DNA of 64,000 nucleotides from NCBI GenBank assembly GCA_017619495.1, contig JAFZSF010000013.1, positions 10,228 through 74,227 of the forward strand, given 5' to 3'. The position numbers and the translations under genes are program-made. The stretch comes from Clostridia bacterium. GTDB taxonomy: Bacteria; Bacillota; Clostridia; Christensenellales; UBA1242. How positions within the stretch are numbered: the stretch's first letter is position 1; each line of letters begins with the position of its first letter. Positions 36,438 through 44,611 of this stretch are shown in pieces. A model generated the notes under the pieces. It saw only the letters and a program-made list of their open reading frames with translations, did not search any database and was not told the origin of the DNA.

Positions 36438-36466
36438 ATTATATGTGACAAAAATGCCAATGTCAA
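36438..36466 (-). promoter_or_regulatory. promoter of the membrane-protein/XRE operon
   Basis: Minus strand TTGACA (36466-36461), 17-nt spacer, TATAAT (36443-36438). Confidence 0.7.
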
Positions 36467-36488
36467 GTATTCTTTACATGTTTTTTTA

Positions 36489-36517
36489 TCGACAAGTTAC
36501 TGCCATTATGTCATTAT
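36489..36517 (+). promoter_or_regulatory. promoter of the SDR gene, leaderless configuration
   Basis: TCGACA, 17-nt spacer, CATTAT, then 6 nt to ATG 36524. Confidence 0.5.
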
Positions 36518-36523
36518 GAAAGT

Positions 36524-37282
36524 ATGAAGGTTTTAATTACAGGGGCGTCTTCCGGTATGGGGCGCGCAATGGCACAGTTATTAGCGGAAAAATATGATCA
36601 AATGGTTTTGGTGGGGCGTGACGCAGCGCGCTTATTGGCCGTACAACAAACAATTCAGGTGGCACACCCCGCAGTGCAGATTACGACGGTGCGTTTGGAT
36701 TTAAGTGTAGCAGAGCATTGTCGACAGTTGCACGACATGCACCCTGATGTCGATTTATTAATTAATAACGCGGGGTTTGGCGATAGTGGTTTTTTTACGG
36801 AAACTTCCTTGGACAAAGATTTAGCCATGATTAATACCAATGTAACGGCGTTGCACATTTTGACTAAACTGTACTTAGTCGATATGCAAAAGCACAACCG
36901 TGGCCATATTCTGAATGTAGGGTCAATTGCTGGTTTTATGCCCGGACCGTTGATGGCGACTTATTATGCCACCAAAAATTATGTGGTGCGTTTAAGTGAA
37001 AGTATCCGCGAAGAATTGCGTCGCACTAAATCCAAAGTCAAAATCAGTGTGTTATGCCCCGGACCAGTGGCTACCAACTTTGCCCAAACCGCTAATGTTA
37101 AGTTCAACTTCAACGGTGTTGATTGTACTAAGGTGGCGTGTTATGCAGTCAAGCACCTTAACCAGTTTTACATTGTGCCGACCTTGACAGTACGTTTAGC
37201 GCGTTTGGCGATTGGACTATTACCAACGACTTGGGTGGCTCGTTTAGTTTATAAATTGCAAGCCAAACGCCAAAAGGCTTAA
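36524..37282 (+). CDS. short-chain dehydrogenase/reductase (SDR) family oxidoreductase
   Basis: 252 aa. TGASSGMGRA cofactor motif. NNAG. YYATK catalytic YxxxK. Confidence 0.8.
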   Translation: MKVLITGASSGMGRAMAQLLAEKYDQMVLVGRDAARLLAVQQTIQVAHPAVQITTVRLDLSVAEHCRQLHDMHPDVDLLINNAGFGDSGFFTETSLDKDLAMINTNVTALHILTKLYLVDMQKHNRGHILNVGSIAGFMPGPLMATYYATKNYVVRLSESIREELRRTKSKVKISVLCPGPVATNFAQTANVKFNFNGVDCTKVACYAVKHLNQFYIVPTLTVRLARLAIGLLPTTWVARLVYKLQAKRQKA

Positions 37283-37291
37283 CCAATTTGT

Positions 37292-37320
37292 TTGGCAAGT
37301 TGGGGGTTTGCGTATATAAT
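37292..37320 (+). promoter_or_regulatory. promoter of pgk-tpiA-gpmI, near-leaderless
   Basis: TTGGCA, 17-nt spacer, TATAAT, then 8 nt to ATG 37329. Confidence 0.6.
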
Positions 37321-37328
37321 AAGAAACG

Positions 37329-38381
37329 ATGAAAGCGAATGCTGTGGCTGGGGTAACGGAAGCACCAATTAAGGCTGGTACGCGCGTGTTAGTGCGTGTT
37401 GATTACAATGTCCCGTTAACCGTAGACGGTAAAATTAGTGATGATAAGCGCATGGTGGACAGTTTGCCAACCATTAATTATTTATTGAAGCGTGGTGCCA
37501 AGGTTATCTTGTGCAGTCACTTCGGTCGTCCTGATGGAAAACCAGAACCGCAGTATTCCTTGCGTCCCGTTTACATACATTTGCAACAGTTACTTCCAAA
37601 GGTAACGGTGCAATTTGCGCCCAGTACGGTGGGGCAAGCAGTTGAAGCCCAAGTGGCAAGTATGTCGAATGGCAGTGTGTTACTTTTGGAAAATACCCGT
37701 TTCCAAGCCGCCGAAACCGCCAATGACCCTGAGTTTGCTAAGCAGTTAGCACGCTTGGGCGAAATCTTTGTGAATGATGCCTTCGGTGCCGCACACCGTG
37801 CCCACGCCAGCACCGTGGGGGTTGCCCACTATTTACCCAGTTATGCGGGTATGTTAATGGCGCGCGAAATTGAACAACTTAGTCAGGTTACCGCCAACCC
37901 CAAGCGTCCTTTTACCGTGATTATCGGTGGTAAGAAAGTAGCGGACAAAATGCCTTTGGCGCGTAAATTAGCGGAAAGGGCGGATTACCTGTTGGTCGGT
38001 GGTCGTGTCGCCCAAGATTGGCAGGACGATGGCGTTAAGCGTCGCGCGCAAATCTATATTGCGCCAGATCAGGGTTTGGATATTTCACCTGCGACGGTGG
38101 CAGCGTGGCGTCCCATCATTGAAAACAGTGCGACCATCTTTTGGAATGGCCCATTAGGGCAATTTGATGTTGACCCACAAAATGGTAATGGCACACGGGC
38201 AGTGGCGGAATTGGTCGCCAATAGTTCCGCGATTAGTATTGTGGGTGGTGGCGACACGGCGGCTGCGGTCAAAAATTATCAATTCACGCATGTCTCAACG
38301 GGGGGTGGTGCGGCTTTGGAATTTGTCGAGGGCACCATTTTACCGGGGATAGCGTGCTTAAAGCAAAAAGGAGGAAAATAA
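37329..38381 (+). CDS. pgk: phosphoglycerate kinase, compact form
   Basis: 350 aa. RVDYNVPL, SHFGRPDG, NDAFGAAHRAHAST, WNGPLGQFD, GGGDTAAA, STGGGAALEF. About 45-50 aa shorter than typical Pgk within the C-domain. Confidence 0.85.
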   Translation: MKANAVAGVTEAPIKAGTRVLVRVDYNVPLTVDGKISDDKRMVDSLPTINYLLKRGAKVILCSHFGRPDGKPEPQYSLRPVYIHLQQLLPKVTVQFAPSTVGQAVEAQVASMSNGSVLLLENTRFQAAETANDPEFAKQLARLGEIFVNDAFGAAHRAHASTVGVAHYLPSYAGMLMAREIEQLSQVTANPKRPFTVIIGGKKVADKMPLARKLAERADYLLVGGRVAQDWQDDGVKRRAQIYIAPDQGLDISPATVAAWRPIIENSATIFWNGPLGQFDVDPQNGNGTRAVAELVANSSAISIVGGGDTAAAVKNYQFTHVSTGGGAALEFVEGTILPGIACLKQKGGK

Positions 38382-38382
38382 A

Positions 38383-39132
38383 ATGCGCAGACCAATATTT
38401 TTTGCGTGTTGGAAATCGAACAAAACACCTAAGGAGGTGTTGGAGTTTTTTGAACAGGTATACAAACGCGGTTTAACCTTAAAAAACAAAACCGAAGTCG
38501 TTTTAGCGCCGGCAGCTTGCTACTACGAAATTGCGCGTTTGAAAATGCCGAAACCATTACAATTGGGTGCCCAAGATGTCAGCGAAATTGAATTCGGCGG
38601 ACGCATGGGCGAACTTAGTGTGCAACTGTTGAAAGAGTATGGTGTGAAGTACTGTATTGTCGGGGACGGTACTTGGCGACAGAACTTTGAATCCGATGAT
38701 GTCGTTAATAAAAAAATTAAGCTATTGCAGAAGTACGGCATTACACCAGTTTTATGTGTGGGTGAAACTTGGTCGGAAAACCAAAACAACTTAACTTTTG
38801 ATGTGGTTAAACGCCAACTGCAAAGTGCGTTGGTAGGTGTACCGAACATTGATAGTTTAGTAGTTTGCTACCGCCCGATTTGGGTGGTACAACGCGGTAT
38901 TTTGCCGCGTCCTGATTACATTGACATGGTGACCAAACATATTCGTAAATGTTTGGTCGAATTAAAGAACAACCCGTTGGACGCTAGTTTACCAATTTTG
39001 TACGGGGGACAAATTACCCCTGCCAATGTGAAAAGCTATATGGCTCTACCTGAACTAGACGGCATCTTCTTCGTCGGTTCGTCTTTGAATATTGATTCTT
39101 TCTATGGAGTAATTAATTATGAACAACAATAA
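38383..39132 (+). CDS. tpiA: triosephosphate isomerase homolog with non-canonical active-site residues
   Basis: 249 aa. Clear TIM alignment (CWKSNKT, LGAQDVS, VLCVGET, ILYGGQI). However, IGHSERR is replaced by VGDGTWR and AIGTG by VVQRG. Confidence 0.75.
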   Translation: MRRPIFFACWKSNKTPKEVLEFFEQVYKRGLTLKNKTEVVLAPAACYYEIARLKMPKPLQLGAQDVSEIEFGGRMGELSVQLLKEYGVKYCIVGDGTWRQNFESDDVVNKKIKLLQKYGITPVLCVGETWSENQNNLTFDVVKRQLQSALVGVPNIDSLVVCYRPIWVVQRGILPRPDYIDMVTKHIRKCLVELKNNPLDASLPILYGGQITPANVKSYMALPELDGIFFVGSSLNIDSFYGVINYEQQ

Positions 39133-40654
39133 TAATTTACACCGTACAGTCTTATGTATTATGGACGGGCTGGGTTACAGCGCCCGTAAGGAAGGTAACG
39201 CGGTGGTCGCGGCAGGTATGCCTAATTTGACCATAGCCCGCAACCAAAACTTAACGACTTTGATTAAAGCTAGTGGTCACGAAGTTGGACTTGATAGCGC
39301 CAAAGATGCTGGTAACAGTGAAGTTGGTCACAATGCGATGGGGGCAGGTGTCACCATTAAGCAAGGCTTATCTTTGTTGAATGACGCATTCGCGACAGGT
39401 AAAATTTTTGCTTCTGCTGTTTGGCAAAAAGTTAGTACTTGTCCGAAATTGAACATCATTATTTTATGCAGTAATGGTCGTGTGCACAGTAATATTGAAC
39501 ACTTATTCCAAGTGATTAAACAATGTGAAAAACAAAACTTACCATACAGCGTAATTGCAATTACTGATGGTCGTGATGTCAGCCCGCGTTCGGCTGCTGA
39601 ATTTTTGTCACAAGTGCCACACCTTAGTGTGATTGGCGGGCGTGGTCAAATCTTCATGGATCGCTATCAAGCCCAGACCGAAATGTTAACTAAGGCGTTT
39701 GAAGTTTGCGTGGAAGGTAAAGCGCCGGTTGTTAAAGATTGGCGTGCTTACTTAAATGAATTTTATCAAGCGCACCCGAATTTGACCGATGAACAAGTTC
39801 CGCCAGCGATTATTGACCCCGACAACTTGATAAAAAACGGGGAAGCGGTTTTGTTATTAAACTACCGTGGCGACCGTGCTGTTGAAACTGCGCGCATGTT
39901 TGATAACGGCGACTACTTGTCCGACGCCCAACGCGCCATGATTAAGGATTGCTACTTTGCGGGTATTTTGCAATACGATGCGGAATTGAATCTACCGCAA
40001 CACTATCTTTGTGAACCACCGGTAATCAACAATACTTTAACCGCGTGGCTGTGTGAACATGGCGTGCGTCAATATACCGTCACGGAAACGGTTAAATTTG
40101 GGCATATGACTTATTTCTTTAACGGTAATAAAAGTGCTCCGTTGAATCCACAATTAGAAACTTGGTTGGAAATTCCCAGTGATAAATTGAATAACCTTTA
40201 CAGTCAAGCGCCCAAAATGAAAGCCCTTGAAATTACTGATAAGTTAATTGAAAATATTGAAAGCGGTAACTTTGAATTCTTAAAATGTAACTTGCCTAAT
40301 CCTGATATGGTCGGACACTGTGGAAACTTTGATGCTGCCGTGGTGGCTTGCCAAACCGTAGACGAATGCGTCGGTCGTTTATATGATGTTTGTCAAAAAA
40401 ACAAAGTTAACCTAATCATTACTGCCGACCATGGTAACGCGGAAGAAATGACCGACGAAAACGGCAAAGTTAAAACTTCGCACACTAACAACCTGGTACC
40501 GATTGCCATTTGTCCGTTTGCGTCACCCGACTTTCAATTGGCAAACACGGAAGCTGGCGCTTATGGTTTGACTAATTTAGCCGCAACGATTTGTGACTTA
40601 ATGGGATTACCAGCCGACCCGCATTTTAATCCCAGCATGGTTAAACGCGGATAA
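39119..40654 (+). CDS. gpmI: 2,3-bisphosphoglycerate-independent phosphoglycerate mutase
   Basis: 511 aa. CIMDGLG, GNSEVGHNAMGAG, ITDGRDVSP, PDMVGHCGN, ITADHGNAE. Confidence 0.9.
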   Translation: MNNNNNLHRTVLCIMDGLGYSARKEGNAVVAAGMPNLTIARNQNLTTLIKASGHEVGLDSAKDAGNSEVGHNAMGAGVTIKQGLSLLNDAFATGKIFASAVWQKVSTCPKLNIIILCSNGRVHSNIEHLFQVIKQCEKQNLPYSVIAITDGRDVSPRSAAEFLSQVPHLSVIGGRGQIFMDRYQAQTEMLTKAFEVCVEGKAPVVKDWRAYLNEFYQAHPNLTDEQVPPAIIDPDNLIKNGEAVLLLNYRGDRAVETARMFDNGDYLSDAQRAMIKDCYFAGILQYDAELNLPQHYLCEPPVINNTLTAWLCEHGVRQYTVTETVKFGHMTYFFNGNKSAPLNPQLETWLEIPSDKLNNLYSQAPKMKALEITDKLIENIESGNFEFLKCNLPNPDMVGHCGNFDAAVVACQTVDECVGRLYDVCQKNKVNLIITADHGNAEEMTDENGKVKTSHTNNLVPIAICPFASPDFQLANTEAGAYGLTNLAATICDLMGLPADPHFNPSMVKRG

Positions 40655-40675
40655 TTCCGACGAACAAAACTTGAC

Positions 40676-40705
40676 AAAACCAGATTTACCACCTAGACTG
40701 GTTTT
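40676..40705 (+). terminator. terminator after gpmI
   Basis: AAAACCAG/CTGGTTTT hairpin with a T-run. Confidence 0.55.
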
Positions 40706-40711
40706 GTTATT

Positions 40712-40801
40712 GGAGAGTTACCCAAGTGGTTAAGGGGCTCCCCTGCTAAGGGAGTAGCACTGTAACAGGTGGCCTGGGTTCGAACCCCAGACTCTCCGCC
40801 A
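40712..40801 (+). tRNA. tRNA-Ser (anticodon GCU), long variable arm, CCA encoded
   Basis: Acceptor GGAGAGT/ACTCTCC. Anticodon arm CTCCC-CTGCTAA-GGGAG. T-arm CTGGG-TTCGAAC-CCCAG. Confidence 0.85.
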
Positions 40802-40900
40802 AAGCAAGACTTAATCCATATACGGGTTGAGTCTTTTTAATTTGTAAAACCGAGCAAAGTATGTTAAAATTTATTAGTAAATAAAAGGAGGTTTTTACTA

Positions 40901-41209
40901 ATGAAAAAATCAACTCAAATTTTGGAAAAGGTGTTTGACATCTTGGGTGAAATTTTGGCGCTTCTGACGATTGCACTTTATGTGGTTTTGTTTGTTAACG
41001 CTAATTGGAGTTTCATTCCAGAAAATGTGTTAAACATTCTAAATATTATTAAGGATTACGCGGCTTTGGTGGTTGTGGTTATTGTGGGTTTTGAAGCCGT
41101 GGTGAAACGCGGTTTCGTGTTTAAAGTTTTGTTTTTATTAGTTTTGGCCATCATTATTTTGGCACAATTCTTCCCCGGTACTTGGGAGAACATTTCCAAA
41201 GTATTCTAA
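40901..41209 (+). CDS. small hypothetical membrane protein
   Basis: 102 aa, 3 TM helices. AAAGGAGG SD. Confidence 0.55.
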   Translation: MKKSTQILEKVFDILGEILALLTIALYVVLFVNANWSFIPENVLNILNIIKDYAALVVVVIVGFEAVVKRGFVFKVLFLLVLAIIILAQFFPGTWENISKVF

Positions 41210-41223
41210 TTGTTAGTATCATT

Positions 41224-41251
41224 AAAAAGCCCGCCTCACGCGGGTTTTTTT
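41224..41251. terminator. bidirectional terminator (downstream of dnaA and of the 40901 gene)
   Basis: AAAAAGCCCGC/GCGGGTTTTTTT hairpin. Confidence 0.8.
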
Positions 41252-41258
41252 GTTGTGT

Positions 41259-42620
41259 TTATTTGTCCAGTTGTTTTAGAATGTCGTCGACGGCGGTTTT
41301 TAATTTGGCATCGGTCTTTAATTGGTCGGCAACTTTATTACGCGCAAAGATGACACCAGCATGGGTACGACCACCTAAGATTTCGCCAATCTCGGTTAAA
41401 GGGACATCTTCCAGGCGTTGGGTTAATAGGTAGGTTGCTACCGAACGCGCACTTGCCAATTTATCGGTACGGCGTTTACCGGTAATTTCGTCCGGAGTAA
41501 CATCAAAATAAGCGGCGGTGGTCGCAATAATTCGCGCGGCAATATCGCCTACGCGTGCGGTCTCGGCGTCACCAGAATTATCCGCCAACGCTTTATCGCA
41601 ATCTTCAATGGTGGGAATGGTGTGACCGTTTAATTCAGCGTAAACGATGATTTTGACTAAGTGTCCTTCCATATCGCGAATGTTTTCGTTGACTTTATTA
41701 GAGTATTCGGCAATGTGGGCTGCAACTTCGTTGGGCAAGTATTTATCTTCCAGTGCGGCTTTCTTTTGTAGAATTGCGGTACGCATTTCGATATCGGGGT
41801 TACGAATATCTTGGAAGATACCGCTTTTCAAACGCGATTGTAAACGCTCGGATAAGGTGGCAATTTCGTTCGGGTGGCGGTCACTAGTTAAAACAATTTG
41901 GCGTTGGTGTTCAAACAAATCGTTAAAGGTGTGGAAAAATTCTTCTTGCGTAGCTTGCTTGCTGGCCAATTCCTGTACATCGTCAATTAACAAAACATCG
42001 ACATTACGGTATTTTTCGCGGAAAGCACCGAAGTCACCTTTTTGTTTAATTACATTGACATAGTCGTCGGTAAACTTTTCAATGGACGTCAAAACCAATT
42101 TAGTGGACGGTTTGTCTTCCAAAATTTGGTTGGCAATTGCGTTTAACAGGTGGGTTTTGCCCAGACCTGAACGACCATAAATAAACAGTGGATTAATTTT
42201 TTTGCCGGGGTTTTTAGAAACAAATTCTGCCATGGCGGCAACTTCTTGGTTAGATTTACCTACGATAAAATTGGCAAAAGTTTGTTGTGGGTTGATGTTG
42301 TTATTATAAATAATTGGTTCGGGTAAAATTGTTTCCGGTACGGGGTTATTGCGCGCATCGCGGCGCTCTTTTTCTACGGCGTCAATAATTTCAATTTTTT
42401 CGACTAAGGGGGCTACGGTTTTAATCGCGTGTTCGATGTGGGGAAAATGGCGTTCATTACGGGCATAATTGGCATCATGAATCGACGGGGCAGACAAAAC
42501 AAAAGTGCCGTCTTCAAAACTTTCTGGAATTAATGGTTGAATGTACAGGTCGTAAGAGATACTGCTGACATTGTTTTCAATAATTGGTTTTGCCTTCTTC
42601 CAAATTTCATTGACATTCAT
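41259..42620 (-). CDS. dnaA: chromosomal replication initiator DnaA
   Basis: 453 aa. AAA+ GRSGLGKTHLL, LLIDDVQ. C-terminal DNA-binding helix RSVATYLLTQ...LTEIGEILGGRTHAGVIFA. Confidence 0.95.
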   Translation of the reverse strand: MNVNEIWKKAKPIIENNVSSISYDLYIQPLIPESFEDGTFVLSAPSIHDANYARNERHFPHIEHAIKTVAPLVEKIEIIDAVEKERRDARNNPVPETILPEPIIYNNNINPQQTFANFIVGKSNQEVAAMAEFVSKNPGKKINPLFIYGRSGLGKTHLLNAIANQILEDKPSTKLVLTSIEKFTDDYVNVIKQKGDFGAFREKYRNVDVLLIDDVQELASKQATQEEFFHTFNDLFEHQRQIVLTSDRHPNEIATLSERLQSRLKSGIFQDIRNPDIEMRTAILQKKAALEDKYLPNEVAAHIAEYSNKVNENIRDMEGHLVKIIVYAELNGHTIPTIEDCDKALADNSGDAETARVGDIAARIIATTAAYFDVTPDEITGKRRTDKLASARSVATYLLTQRLEDVPLTEIGEILGGRTHAGVIFARNKVADQLKTDAKLKTAVDDILKQLDK

Positions 42621-42766
42621 GATAAAATTAGCTTATCACAAACCACGCCTTTTTGTAAATCACTGTTCTTGGTGACTTCAACTGCATCATCAATACTTGG
42701 TTGACTAATTACCTATTGCTATGCTTTTTTGCGGTATGCTATAATAAGCTATTAAAAGGAAGTAAT

Positions 42767-44077
42767 ATGGGAATAGAAGTACAATTTTATGATTTTCGTA
42801 ATTTAATCGTACCGACCACAATTAAGAACCAACATATTGGCCGTGGTCTTGCGGTAGAACAAGATGTGGATACTGTTGACAAAGCGTACATTTTGACTTG
42901 TGGAGAACGTAACCAGGTTTTAAAGCAGTTAGGAATTGGTCCGCTACGTAGTGGTTTACCGGCTTCTGATTTTGCCGTTGCTAATGGCACTAAATTCCAA
43001 ACAGGGGTATCGCCATTTACTCATAACAAAACGAAAATGATGAATTATTGGTTACGTCCTGGTAAATTTACATTTGAAGATTTTTTTAAGAATAAAAATA
43101 ACAGTGGAATTGCACCAGATGTTAATCGTGCTGACATTGATGCTGGATTAGCGCCAGTCATGAATTTGGATATTCAAAAAATTATCAAATTACAAAAACG
43201 CATCCCAGGTTTTGGTAAAATTAATACGGTTAAAGATAATCACGGTAACGAACGTTATCATACAATAACTATTGGTTTGTGGCCAGAAAAAATTGCCAAA
43301 GAAACCAAAGAACTGGAATGGTTGTATCAAAATGAACCAAACCGTTTTATTGCCACGGGTAAAACTTTTACCGATATTGAACATAAGTTTATTGTCCCCG
43401 AAGGTGATTGGAATAAGTCATGCTATGAACACGTGGTTTCTGATGATATTAACCGGGAGTATTGCTTCCAGGGAAAATACTATGTGCGTGCCAAAAACCA
43501 CCCCGAATTTAATCATGGTGAAGGTGGGTTTAAAAGTGAAGCACGAGCGGGCTATGTCTGGTTGGAAGAGAAACCAAAGGAATGGATTATCTTAAACGAT
43601 AAGGAAGCGTTAAAAGCACTTGATCCCAAGAAACATGGTAAAGCCAAGACTATGACCGTCTGGGCGGGTGAAGTGATGCGCAGTGGTATTCCTTTCTATT
43701 CACAACAGGCATTATGTCGTATGCCACATTTTGAACAAGAGATTGCGTACCAAGATAGCATGGTCCGCAATTATTTAAACGGCGAAGGTGAATTCCGTGA
43801 ATGTAATTTTTTAACCGAAAGTTTGGTTACACCGGGAGGGATCTATATTAACAAAGAACGAGAAATTGTACGCAGTAGTACTAAAAGTGGTCAGAGTTTG
43901 TTAATTCCGGAAAACTTAACAAAGTTACACGAGTTAAACCGTGAAATGATTCGTGGAGAAATTCAATTAAAACATCCAGAAATTGACATGAATAAATTTT
44001 ATGAAGACTTAGGCAAAGTGATTGATTACGTTGATGAAGCCGAAAAGCGCCAAAGCGGCGAAGAAAGAAGTCTGTAA
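42767..44077 (+). CDS. hypothetical 436-aa protein (DUF6273-like sequence patterns) located between dnaA and rpmH
   Basis: Start set to ATG 42767, with AAAGGAAG SD and a TATAAT upstream. NYWLRP, GLAPVMNL, EWIILND and VRNYLNGE patterns recall DUF6273-type domains (recollection only). AT-rich. Confidence 0.55.
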   Translation: MGIEVQFYDFRNLIVPTTIKNQHIGRGLAVEQDVDTVDKAYILTCGERNQVLKQLGIGPLRSGLPASDFAVANGTKFQTGVSPFTHNKTKMMNYWLRPGKFTFEDFFKNKNNSGIAPDVNRADIDAGLAPVMNLDIQKIIKLQKRIPGFGKINTVKDNHGNERYHTITIGLWPEKIAKETKELEWLYQNEPNRFIATGKTFTDIEHKFIVPEGDWNKSCYEHVVSDDINREYCFQGKYYVRAKNHPEFNHGEGGFKSEARAGYVWLEEKPKEWIILNDKEALKALDPKKHGKAKTMTVWAGEVMRSGIPFYSQQALCRMPHFEQEIAYQDSMVRNYLNGEGEFRECNFLTESLVTPGGIYINKEREIVRSSTKSGQSLLIPENLTKLHELNREMIRGEIQLKHPEIDMNKFYEDLGKVIDYVDEAEKRQSGEERSL

Positions 44078-44092
44078 TCTAAAAAGTAACTG

Positions 44093-44122
44093 TTGACGGG
44101 GACGCGGTGGTTATGTTAAAAT
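44093..44122 (+). promoter_or_regulatory. rpmH promoter, leaderless configuration
   Basis: TTGACG, 18-nt spacer, TGtTAAAAT (hexamer 44117-44122), then 7 nt to ATG 44130. No SD. Confidence 0.6.
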
Positions 44123-44129
44123 TCTCTTT

Positions 44130-44267
44130 ATGAAAAGAACTTGGCAACCTAGTAAAGTTAAGCGTCGTCGTGCGGTTGGTTTCCGTAAACGCATGAAAAC
44201 TGTTGGCGGACGCAATGTAATCCGTCGCCGTCGCGCGCGTGGTCGCAAACGCTTAACCACCAAATAA
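44130..44267 (+). CDS. rpmH: 50S ribosomal protein L34
   Basis: Hand translation: [45 protein letters not shown] (45 aa). Below the ORF-track cutoff. Lies directly upstream of rnpA. Confidence 0.95.
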   Translation: MKRTWQPSKVKRRRAVGFRKRMKTVGGRNVIRRRRARGRKRLTTK

Positions 44268-44268
44268 G

Positions 44269-44601
44269 ATGTTACCTTTACGGTATCGCTTAAAAAAGCG
44301 TAAAACATTTAACTACTTACACCAACGCGGGAAACGCCAAAGTGGCGCATTCGTGGTGGTGTATTTTTGTACTGCCAGTAATTTGAAAATTGGTTTCAGT
44401 GCCAGTAAGAAGGTCGGGAACAGTATTATTCGTCACCGTGCCGCGCGTTTGATGCGGGAAGCGATGCGCCCGCTTTTAATCAAGGTTAATCCACGCACCA
44501 ACATGATTGTGGTGGCAAAGCCGGAATTACCCCAACAACATTTGTTATATATCACTTTGGATTTGGAAAACACTTTGAAAAAAGCTGGACTTATGTTATA
44601 A
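44269..44601 (+). CDS. rnpA: ribonuclease P protein component
   Basis: 110 aa. LKKRKTFNYL...RHRAARLMREA. rpmH-rnpA synteny. Confidence 0.85.
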   Translation: MLPLRYRLKKRKTFNYLHQRGKRQSGAFVVVYFCTASNLKIGFSASKKVGNSIIRHRAARLMREAMRPLLIKVNPRTNMIVVAKPELPQQHLLYITLDLENTLKKAGLML

Positions 44602-44611
44602 TCCAAGTTAT

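Noticed and set aside
42621-42766. Looked for a DnaA-box cluster and an AT-rich unwinding element directly upstream of dnaA.
   Set aside because: The best candidates (TTATCACAA, TGTAAATCA) have 3 mismatches. The segment is mostly promoter/SD for the 42767 gene. I cannot call oriC from this.
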